DNA from: Candidatus Latescibacterota bacterium
Lineage (GTDB): Bacteria > Latescibacterota > CBDEFO01
Length of the DNA: 64,000 nt
Reading direction: 5' to 3'
Assembly (NCBI GenBank): GCA_965237525.1
Contig: CBDEFO010000003.1
Location: 160,001 to 224,000 of the forward strand
This document shows, one piece after another, positions 50,577 through 58,914 of the stretch. The first letter of the stretch is position 1. Each line of letters starts with the position of its first letter. Below the pieces are notes generated by a model, which worked only from the letters and a program-made list of their open reading frames with translations, did no database searches and had not been told where the DNA came from. The position numbers and the translations under genes are program-made.

Positions 50577-52826
50577 CTACTGAGTTCTCTCTCCCGTCTG
50601 CTTGTTCGGATCGTCCTTGCCGCCGCCGACGGCTATGACTGCTGACGTTTCCTGCTGGGTCTTTATCATCCGATAAAAGATGCCCTCCTGAGCTATCAGT
50701 TCCTCGTGGCTTCCCACTTCCACCGCCTTTCCATCTTCCAATACGACCAGTCTATCTGCATATCTTAAGGTGCTTAACCTGTGAGCAATGGCAAATGTGG
50801 TCCTGCCTTCTACCAACCGCCTGACAGCCTGCTGTACCTGCTTTTCCGTCTCTGTGTCCACTGATGATGTAGCCTCGTCCAATATCAATATACGGGGATC
50901 GTGCAATATCGCACGGGCGATGGAAATTCGCTGTTTTTCTCCACCTGAGAGTCTGCCTCCCCGTTCTCCTACCTGTGTGTCGTATCCGTCGGGCTTTGCC
51001 ACTATGAAATCGTGTGCGTTGGCGGCTCTGGCGGCCTGGAATATCTCCTCAAAGGTCGCTTGTGGCCTGCTATAAGAGATATTCTCCGAAATTGTTCCGC
51101 TGAAGAGAAACGGTTCCTGAAGCACCATACCGATATGTTTTCTTAAATCCTCCAACTTTATGTCTTTGACGTCCACTCCGTCTATCTTCAGCGAGCCACC
51201 GTCCACGTCGTAGAATCGGCAGATCAGGTTGATCATAGTGGTCTTTCCCACACCTGATTTTCCCACCAGTCCTATCATCTCTCCCGGTTCTACGTTGAGG
51301 TCGATCTCCTTGAGCACTGGCTTGCTCTTGACGTACCCGAACGATGCCCTCTCAAATGTGATCCGACCCTCGATATTCGGCATCGGGCGGGCGTTCGGAT
51401 CGTTATACGGTTCGGGTTTCGAGTCGATAATCTCGAAGACCCGCTCAGCGCCGGAGAAGGCGTATGTCATCCAACTGTTCAGCTCCCCGAACCATTGAAG
51501 GGGATCGTATAGCATCCACAGATAACTGATAAAGGCGACGAGGCTCCCCAACTGGAACTTCTCATCTATGATGTCCATTCCTCCCACGTACCAGACTAAA
51601 AGGAGCCCGGCGCCGGTGCAGAAGTTCATAGTGGCGAAGAAGAGCACCCATACTCGTTCGGTGGTCACATCGATGTTGAAGAGGCTGTCGTTCCGATTGT
51701 GAAAGCGCCTCAGTTCTCTGGGTTCCTGTGCGAAGGCTTTGACCACGCGGATGCCCAAGAGCGTCTCCTGAAGGTGCGCTGTGAACTTTGCCCGGCGGAT
51801 CCAGGACTTGCGGAAGTACTTCAGGAGCCGTCTCCAGAAGAACCAGCCTCCGAAGATCAGGCAGGGGACGGGCAGAAGCACATATAGGGTCAGATGCCAG
51901 CTCATGTAGAACAGAAAGATCAGGATCCCGACCATCATCAAGGTGTTGTTTACGATGTAGGGGAGTCCGTTAATCAGGAACTCCTCCATGCTCTCCGTGT
52001 CGTTGGTGACCCGGGACATCAGGGATCCCACCTGCTTCTTGTCGTAGAACCTCAGGGACATCCTTTGGAGCTGTCGGTATAGGCGTCGCCGGATGTCCAC
52101 TGTCATTCGCCCGCCCAACCACACGGACAGCGACCAGTGCAGGATCTCTGTGATCCAGGTGAGCACTTTCAGACCCAAAAGTGCCAGTACAAGGTAAATC
52201 AACAGGGAAAAACTCCCCCGCGGCACCAGGACGTCGTCGATGATCCTCTTGACCAAAAGCGGGGGGGCCAGTCCGATTACGGTCATAAGGAGGCTGACCA
52301 GCACCATAGCGGCAGTCTGCACTTTGTACGGCACCAGGTACCCGGCTATGCGGCGCAGGGTAGCTATTTTACGGATACATGCGGGACATATTCCGTCGCG
52401 CTCTGGAAGGAGGCGTCCGCACCGCTCGCAGCGGGTTCGCTCCTGCTCAGTCGAGATGGAAAGCTCCTCTCCCTTTGCCAACTGCTGAATGCCCCGGGCT
52501 ACCTCGGCGAATTTATCGGCGTGCGCGCTGGAGTAGTAGAGAAAGTCCGTGGTATGGCCATTCTGGCTTATCTGTAAACATCCGCCGCCGATAAGGGCGT
52601 CTATCTTTGCTGAGCTGATGTCCTCAAGTGGGATCTGGGCTATTCCGTCGGTTCCATCGAAAGAAAACCTGAGCACTCGCCGGTCGGTCACTATCAGCCA
52701 GACAGATGCATACGTCCTGTCCTCCGCCACGTCTGTCTCCACGCTGATGCGGACCCGTTCCCCGTCACTCATAACCTCTTTGAATTTCTGCTCGATGCTC
52801 TCGGGCAACGGTTCCATGAAAGTCAT
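50577..52826 (-). CDS. ABC exporter (N-terminal extension, CxxC..CxxC, TMD, NBD), paralog 2
   Basis: CERCGRLLPERDGICPAC; GKSGVGKT; LSGGEKQR; LDEATSS. Confidence 0.92.
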   Translation of the reverse strand: MTFMEPLPESIEQKFKEVMSDGERVRISVETDVAEDRTYASVWLIVTDRRVLRFSFDGTDGIAQIPLEDISSAKIDALIGGGCLQISQNGHTTDFLYYSSAHADKFAEVARGIQQLAKGEELSISTEQERTRCERCGRLLPERDGICPACIRKIATLRRIAGYLVPYKVQTAAMVLVSLLMTVIGLAPPLLVKRIIDDVLVPRGSFSLLIYLVLALLGLKVLTWITEILHWSLSVWLGGRMTVDIRRRLYRQLQRMSLRFYDKKQVGSLMSRVTNDTESMEEFLINGLPYIVNNTLMMVGILIFLFYMSWHLTLYVLLPVPCLIFGGWFFWRRLLKYFRKSWIRRAKFTAHLQETLLGIRVVKAFAQEPRELRRFHNRNDSLFNIDVTTERVWVLFFATMNFCTGAGLLLVWYVGGMDIIDEKFQLGSLVAFISYLWMLYDPLQWFGELNSWMTYAFSGAERVFEIIDSKPEPYNDPNARPMPNIEGRITFERASFGYVKSKPVLKEIDLNVEPGEMIGLVGKSGVGKTTMINLICRFYDVDGGSLKIDGVDVKDIKLEDLRKHIGMVLQEPFLFSGTISENISYSRPQATFEEIFQAARAANAHDFIVAKPDGYDTQVGERGGRLSGGEKQRISIARAILHDPRILILDEATSSVDTETEKQVQQAVRRLVEGRTTFAIAHRLSTLRYADRLVVLEDGKAVEVGSHEELIAQEGIFYRMIKTQQETSAVIAVGGGKDDPNKQTGERTQ

Positions 52827-52848
52827 CTTCTATTTCCTAAAATTAGCA

Positions 52849-52972
52849 GACAGTAGACAGGGACATCTCCTCCTCTACCTTGAGATTGTCCCCGATGGAG
52901 CCCCCGATAGATTCAATCGGGGGTCAGGGGGAAACAATCTCACTTAGACTGTCTTTCCCTGTTTGCTGTCTA
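52849..52972. repeat. Composite repeat with nested palindromes
   Basis: gacagtagacagggacatctcc...; tgagattgt[ccccgatggag(cccccgatagattcaatcggggg)tcagggg]...acaatctca. Confidence 0.85.
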
Positions 52973-52978
52973 CTTTTC

Positions 52979-55183
52979 CTACTCCTTAATACCTATAATC
53001 TGAGAGGTCTGGCTCTGCAGTTCGACAAGCCTGTCGAACACACCTCCCTTAGCCATCAGTTCCTCGTGGCTTCCTACCTCTGCTACCTTTCCGTCCTCCA
53101 ATATGACAAGTCTATCTGCATATCTTAAGGTGCTTAGCCTGTGAGCAATAGCAAACGTCGTCCTGCCTTTAATTAACCGTTTTATAGCCTCCTGTATCTG
53201 CTTTTCCGTCTCAGTGTCCACCGAGGATGTTGCCTCGTCTAATATCAATATGCGGGGATTGTGCAATATGGCACGAGCAATTGAGATGCGCTGTTTTTCT
53301 CCCACTGAGAGTCTACCTCCCCGTTCTCCCACCTGCGTGTCGTAGCCGTCAGGCTTTGCGACTATGAAGTTGTGTGCGTTTGCGGCTTCGGCGGCCTGGA
53401 TTACCTCCTCAAAGGTCGCATCTGGTCTGCCGTAGGAGATATTCTCAGCTATTGTGCCATTGAACAGGAACGGCTCCTGGAGGACGACTCCTATCTGTTT
53501 TCTGAGGTCCTCTAACTTTATGTCCTTGACCTCCATTCCGTCTATCTTCAGGGAGCCACTATCCACGTCGTAGAATCGGCAGATCAGGTTGATGGTGGTG
53601 GTCTTCCCCGCTCCCGATTTGCCCACCAGTCCTATCATCTCTCCCGGCTTTACATCTAGGTCGATGTTCTTCAGCACCGGTTTGCTCTTATCGTAGCCAA
53701 ACGTTACGTCCTCAAAGGTCACCTGTCCTTTCATATCGGGTAGAGGCATCGCCTTGGGGTTTTCATAGCCCTCGGGTTTTGTGTCTATAATCTCGAAGAT
53801 ACGTTCAGCGCCGGAGAAGGCTTGCGTCACCCAGCTATTCAGCTGGGTAAGCCAGCGCAGAGGGCCGTATAAGAGCCACGAGTAGCTGTAGAATGCCCAC
53901 AGTTGGCCGAGCGTCAGTTCTTCTCCCAACACCTGTTTTCCTCCCACGGCCCAGATGATCAGAGTACCAGCTCCGGCGATAAGGCCCGCCGTCGAGGAGA
54001 ATAAGGCCCATTTGCGCTCGGTGAAGTAACCTATCTTGAACAGGTCGACGCTTTTCTCATCGAATCGGTCGATCTCACGCTTTTCCTGCGTGAACGCCTT
54101 GACCACTCTGATCCCGGAGAGTGACTCTTCTATCCGAGCGGAGAACTGTGCCCATAGGCGCCACCACTTTCGGTAATAGCCCCGCAGGCGCTTCCAGAGC
54201 AGGCCGTTCCACATGACGATGAAGGGAACAGGAATCATCAAGTAGAGGGTCAGGACCCAGTTCAGATGGAAGAGCATGCCGACGATCCCGAAGAAGAGGA
54301 GACACCGGAGAACTATGTAAGGCAGTCCGTCGACAAGGAAGTATTTGAGAGTACGTATATCGTTGGTCACCCGAGACATTAGAGCCCCGATCTGTTTCTT
54401 ATCGTAGAACTGCAGGGAGAGGAGCTCCAACTGTCTGAAGACGTCGGCTCGTATGTCCGCTACGACCCGGGCGCCGAGCCAGGCGACTAACCAGCCGTGG
54501 ATCATCTCTGCTCCCCAGGTCAGGAGTCTGACCCCACCTAACCCCAAGACCAGTAACAGAAGGAGGTGTGCATTTGCCTGCTTTAACGCATCGTCTATGA
54601 TCCACTGGCTGAGCTTAGGAGGCATCAGTTCCGCGGCGGTGCTGACCAGCGAGACGCCTACCACACCTACTGCCTTGCCTGTATGGGGCTTGAGATACCG
54701 GCAGAGCCGGGCAAAGACCTGCCACTTCTTAACGCAGGCGGGACAGATACCGTTCCGCTCCGGCAGCAGGCGGCCGCATTTATCGCAGCGAGTTCTGTCC
54801 TCTTCTTCAGAAAGACGTAGCGGCTCCCCACCAGAAAGCTGCTGGATTCCCCGCGTCACCTCTGAAAACTTCTCTTTCAGGCTGCTGGAGTAGTAAAGGT
54901 GTTCAGTTTGCTTCCCCTTAACCGAAAGCTCCAGCCGTCCGCCGCCCACCAACGGCTCCGTCTTAGCCTCGGTGATCTCCTTCAACGGGAGTTCAACCGT
55001 CCCGTTGCGCCCATCCGGCGAGAATATCAGCACCCTTCGGTCTGTGACTACCATCCAGCGTTCACCGTAGGTTCGATCTTCCGCCAAATCGGTGGAGACG
55101 CTGATAGTCACAGTCTCGTCCCTTTGAAGAATCCTTTTGAACTTCTCTTCTATGTAGGAAGGCATCGCCTCTTGGAATCTCAT
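52979..55183 (-). CDS. ABC exporter (N-terminal extension, CxxC..CxxC, TMD, NBD), paralog 1
   Basis: CDKCGRLLPERNGICPAC; GKSGAGKT; variant signature LSVGEKQR; ATG 55183 behind GGAG. Confidence 0.92.
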   Translation of the reverse strand: MRFQEAMPSYIEEKFKRILQRDETVTISVSTDLAEDRTYGERWMVVTDRRVLIFSPDGRNGTVELPLKEITEAKTEPLVGGGRLELSVKGKQTEHLYYSSSLKEKFSEVTRGIQQLSGGEPLRLSEEEDRTRCDKCGRLLPERNGICPACVKKWQVFARLCRYLKPHTGKAVGVVGVSLVSTAAELMPPKLSQWIIDDALKQANAHLLLLLVLGLGGVRLLTWGAEMIHGWLVAWLGARVVADIRADVFRQLELLSLQFYDKKQIGALMSRVTNDIRTLKYFLVDGLPYIVLRCLLFFGIVGMLFHLNWVLTLYLMIPVPFIVMWNGLLWKRLRGYYRKWWRLWAQFSARIEESLSGIRVVKAFTQEKREIDRFDEKSVDLFKIGYFTERKWALFSSTAGLIAGAGTLIIWAVGGKQVLGEELTLGQLWAFYSYSWLLYGPLRWLTQLNSWVTQAFSGAERIFEIIDTKPEGYENPKAMPLPDMKGQVTFEDVTFGYDKSKPVLKNIDLDVKPGEMIGLVGKSGAGKTTTINLICRFYDVDSGSLKIDGMEVKDIKLEDLRKQIGVVLQEPFLFNGTIAENISYGRPDATFEEVIQAAEAANAHNFIVAKPDGYDTQVGERGGRLSVGEKQRISIARAILHNPRILILDEATSSVDTETEKQIQEAIKRLIKGRTTFAIAHRLSTLRYADRLVILEDGKVAEVGSHEELMAKGGVFDRLVELQSQTSQIIGIKE

Positions 55184-55230
55184 TGTCTGCTCCAAAAGTA
55201 AGAAAGGACTATGGATTAAACAAGTTCAAT

Positions 55231-55269
55231 AAAAAAGAGCCGCAGGGGAAGAACCCCGCGACTCTTTTT
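55231..55269 (-). terminator. Intrinsic terminator in the leader of the ABC operon
   Basis: gagtcgcgggg-ttctt-cccctgcggctc-tttttt; the G-U pair forms only on the minus strand. Confidence 0.8.
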
Positions 55270-55360
55270 GTATATAAAGTCGTCTCTATGGCAATATATT
55301 CACCATGGAGGATCTTCTCCCGAAGGAGGTACACAGAGGACTGCCTCATTAAGCAGACTG
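55270..55360 (-). promoter_or_regulatory. Candidate riboswitch/attenuator leader
   Basis: Three hairpins including c(UUCG)g, a segment able to pair with the terminator 5' arm, and TATAAT at 55364-55369. Confidence 0.45.
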
Positions 55361-55540
55361 GAAATTATATATTTATTTACCGTAATATTTAACATTTTCT
55401 GCAACCTTCTCCTAACGAGGCAAGCGTACGCACTTACCCTCTTAAAAGTAGGTGTAAAAATTCCATGCGCAATAAAACCATTTAGAAAACTCTATGCAAA
55501 GGGTGTCTCCAATAATATGCATCAAAATCCTTAATTTGTA

Positions 55541-55569
55541 AATATACACAATAAGGCTTCTCTTGTCAA
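55541..55569 (-). promoter_or_regulatory. Sigma70-type promoter toward the ABC operon
   Basis: TTGACA-17 nt-TATATT. Confidence 0.7.
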
Positions 55570-55649
55570 ACATTTTGTCAAAATGTTTTCGCCTGCCAGG
55601 GATTTTAGAATGGAGTGCAGTTCACGCGGTTCCTCTATCCAGGTTTCTG

Positions 55650-55678
55650 TTGACAAAGGTGTCCACTCAGCCTATTAT
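55650..55678 (+). promoter_or_regulatory. Divergent sigma70-type promoter
   Basis: TTGACA-17 nt-TATTAT. Confidence 0.7.
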
Positions 55679-55751
55679 AGACTATATTTCTTACGATTGT
55701 GTCTACAATTTGCACATCTAATGTAACGAGTTACTCGTCTCTACGAAAACT

Positions 55752-56453
55752 ATGAACTGCGATCAGAACGAGAATAGGCTCGATCCCCTCGGTATCGAAG
55801 GGGATAGATTGAAGATGGGCTATCGCTTCAAATCTAATTGGAAGGTTGTAGCGTCTTTACTGGCCTCACTTGGTGTAATATCTCTCCTTATCGTAAAATT
55901 CGCTCCTTTATACAAGAAATTGCTCTTTTTGACCCTCTATTCTATACCCTCCAACTCTTTCATACCCGGAATACCTCACGAGCCTGCGGTCATCTACGCC
56001 GGAACGCTCTACCATCCGCTAGAAGTCGCCCTCTTTGCCTCTTTGGGGACCTGCATAGCCGCGATCATAGACTACCACGTTTTGACCCCTATCTTAACAA
56101 ACGAAAAGGCAGAAGCCCTAAAAAAACAGACGATATATAAGATTTCACTCCGATACTTCGGCAAAGCCCCCTTTATAAGCTTAGTGATAGCGTCTTTTTC
56201 TCCTGTGCCCTTCTTTCCCTTCAGGGTTCTGAGCATAGCGAGCAGTTATCCCTTTAAGAAATATCTTTTATCCATCTTTTTGGGCAGGACGCCCCGCTAT
56301 TATCTCTTATCCCTTTTGGCATATACCTTCCCCTTCCCTACGTGGATCATCGCCGCCTTGTTCCTCGTCCTTATAGCCTACAATCTGATCGAAAAATATT
56401 ACAAAAAGTGGGCTTATAAGAAAAGGGGATCCAAGATGTTGCAAGCTCCGTGA
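55752..56453 (+). CDS. DedA/VTT-domain membrane protein
   Basis: IPHEPAVIYAG, SPVPF, FLGRTPRY; multiple TMs; start uncertain. Confidence 0.7.
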   Translation: MNCDQNENRLDPLGIEGDRLKMGYRFKSNWKVVASLLASLGVISLLIVKFAPLYKKLLFLTLYSIPSNSFIPGIPHEPAVIYAGTLYHPLEVALFASLGTCIAAIIDYHVLTPILTNEKAEALKKQTIYKISLRYFGKAPFISLVIASFSPVPFFPFRVLSIASSYPFKKYLLSIFLGRTPRYYLLSLLAYTFPFPTWIIAALFLVLIAYNLIEKYYKKWAYKKRGSKMLQAP

Positions 56454-56535
56454 CATATTTCATTCTCGGCGATCTTGATCACAGGAATACTTAAGGTCTT
56501 AGATAATTAAATGCAGCCCTAATTTCTACCCAGAA

Positions 56536-58506
56536 ATGAATACACGTCACTTAATCAACGAAGACGGCACTCCATTTGATTCATCAGAATTGCAAAGAAT
56601 AAGCTGTCACTTAGACCGGCTTAACGGTGAAGACCGCACAAGATATAGAAATCAAAATGCCGGGACTATCGCGAAGCATAGCGCGGCAAAGATTCTAATC
56701 GTTTCTGGGCCCGGAACAGGCAAAAGCCACCTGTTTTTAGATCGAATTGATCATTGGTTTCAAGACAATCCTGAGGCAAGTATATTTGTAACAAGTTTTG
56801 TCAGAAAATTGGTTACGGATTTGCGGAACGACATTAATAAAAATGAAAAACTATCCTATGAGCAGAAAAACCAAACTACAGTATACACCTTACACAAATT
56901 TGCTCGGAGTATTGTTGAAAAGAATAATGGAACATCTGAGTGGAAATTCCAACGTTACTTCAGGGTAATAGGGCAAGCATGGAAAAAAGTGGTTTGGGAA
57001 GATGTTCTTACACATTATCCGGATCTTGATGGAGGTTGTTATTGTTGGAAAAAATTCGAAGAGCAATTGCACAACAATGAGTTTGCAGAATCAGAAGATT
57101 GGCAAAAGCTCAATCAAATCTACTTTGAACTATGTGCATTCTATAACGCTGCTGGTTTCGCTGATTTGATTATACGGGCGAAGGATGCGCTGCGAGAAAA
57201 TCCCCAACTCAACGAAGATGACTTCTTTATCATCGATGAGTATCAGGACTTCAATCTTGCAGAGGAACAACTGATCCTTCAGTTGGCAAATAAAGCAAAG
57301 GGACTTCTTATTGTTGGAGATGATGAACAAGTTCTCTACGAAAAACTCAAATCAGGGAAAGCCAAGTTAGTCCGGAGACTTTACAATCAAAAGAAAGACT
57401 ACGTAAATGCTATGTTACCTTTCTGTGCAAGAAGCTGTTACCACATTACGAAACTTGCGGAATACTTCATTGGAAAGCATAGGGATTCAGATTGCATAGA
57501 AAAGATTTATTTGCCACTGGAAGCAGGTCAAGATACACCCAAGGTCCAAGTCATTGCTTGTGCTACTCCAGCTACTGCGATTGATTATATTGAGAAATTT
57601 ATTTCAGACAACCAAAGGGAGGTTGATGAACGAAAGACCAAATTATCAGAGGAAGAAGCACAGGATGCGTTCTTGCTCATTTTGACACCAGAGAGAAAAG
57701 CCAAATTTTATGGGGAGGCAAAAGAGACACTCCATAAAATTGTATCCAAATGGCACACGGAAAGTCGAGAGTTTTCAGACGACTATTACAAGGTCTTGAA
57801 CTACTACTCGCTTGCAGAACATCCGAGGAACAATTTCACTTTTAGAAAAGTTCTTTGGTACGAAGATTTTTCTGAGGAGCAAACTCACACATGGATTGTT
57901 GAGGCGATGCAACATAATAAGAATCTTTCTTGCCTGGATGCTGAAGAGATCAGAGATATACTGAGGAAGTGTAGTGACGTCAAAAATATCATTGAAACAG
58001 AAAGCTCCACAGATGAAAAAGTAGACAAGCTCTCAGAGTGCATATCCATAAGTGATAAACTTCGTCTAAGAAATGATATGGACAGGAAAGCCATCAACCA
58101 GGATGAAATAACAAAGTTGGAGCACGACGAAGAGGAAGAAGCGGAGCTAGAGGAAATACAAATTAAGAAAATGTGTGCAGTTGAACTTATGACTATTCTG
58201 GGATCTAAAGGGTTATCAGCGGATCACGTGATAATCATAGGTTTTGATGACGTAAATATGAAATGGATAACGAAAAATGCCTTTTATGTAGCTTTGACCC
58301 GTGCCAGAAAGAGTTTACATATCCTTACTGCTTTGAAATCTGGGGGCGCTGCAAGAGCCCATGATTTCTTGGCTCAACTACCGGAAGGTCATGCTGAATT
58401 TTGCAAGTATAAAAAGACTCGTCGTACAAAGAGCATTTTGCGAAGTAAACGGGCATTTGTGCGTTATCTCAATTCTCTAGGTTTTGCGTCAAAGCAACAG
58501 AGATAG
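56536..58506 (+). CDS. UvrD-like superfamily 1 helicase, stand-alone
   Basis: GPGTGKS, IIDEYQD, VGDDEQ, TILGSKGLSAD, YVALTRAR; AT-rich. Confidence 0.88.
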   Translation: MNTRHLINEDGTPFDSSELQRISCHLDRLNGEDRTRYRNQNAGTIAKHSAAKILIVSGPGTGKSHLFLDRIDHWFQDNPEASIFVTSFVRKLVTDLRNDINKNEKLSYEQKNQTTVYTLHKFARSIVEKNNGTSEWKFQRYFRVIGQAWKKVVWEDVLTHYPDLDGGCYCWKKFEEQLHNNEFAESEDWQKLNQIYFELCAFYNAAGFADLIIRAKDALRENPQLNEDDFFIIDEYQDFNLAEEQLILQLANKAKGLLIVGDDEQVLYEKLKSGKAKLVRRLYNQKKDYVNAMLPFCARSCYHITKLAEYFIGKHRDSDCIEKIYLPLEAGQDTPKVQVIACATPATAIDYIEKFISDNQREVDERKTKLSEEEAQDAFLLILTPERKAKFYGEAKETLHKIVSKWHTESREFSDDYYKVLNYYSLAEHPRNNFTFRKVLWYEDFSEEQTHTWIVEAMQHNKNLSCLDAEEIRDILRKCSDVKNIIETESSTDEKVDKLSECISISDKLRLRNDMDRKAINQDEITKLEHDEEEEAELEEIQIKKMCAVELMTILGSKGLSADHVIIIGFDDVNMKWITKNAFYVALTRARKSLHILTALKSGGAARAHDFLAQLPEGHAEFCKYKKTRRTKSILRSKRAFVRYLNSLGFASKQQR

Positions 58507-58803
58507 GTTCATAAAAAGTGATTTTCGATAAAGAATACATTTACTTCTCCCCCTGAACGTGGTATAAATGGACACTTTGAATAATTTGTGCTACACTGAA
58601 ATTGCCAATTACTCATCAAACCTGTGAAACAAGCTAAGATCACCGAGACTATTAGGGAAATAGTCAAAGACGAAGTTCAAGCAATCAAGGACAAGTTTGG
58701 TGCAGAAGAGGCGGCGGTGGGAGCTCCAATTCCCGTTGACGCCTCTTTTTTCTTGACTTCAAGGGGATGATCGCTTAAAGTGTACACAGTCGTCCCTGTA
58801 AAT

Positions 58804-58882
58804 GCAGGGGCGAGGCGCCGTGGGCGCTTTGTTAGGGAGGATGGAGTGGAGGCAGCAAACCATGAAGTGCCCTCGCCCCTAC
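58804..58882. repeat. GTAG-type REP inverted pair
   Basis: gcaggggcgagg ... cctcgcccctac. Confidence 0.6.
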
Positions 58883-58914
58883 TATCTTATTGGTTATCCA
58901 ACTTCTGTCCCTGA

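Noticed and set aside
1295..52972. CRISPR array
   Set aside because: The repeats are dispersed and degenerate, not regularly spaced with unique spacers; no cas genes.
58560..58770. Open stretch IKPVKQAKITETIREIV... after the helicase as a partner gene
   Set aside because: No convincing start/RBS and no assignable family; at most a fragment.
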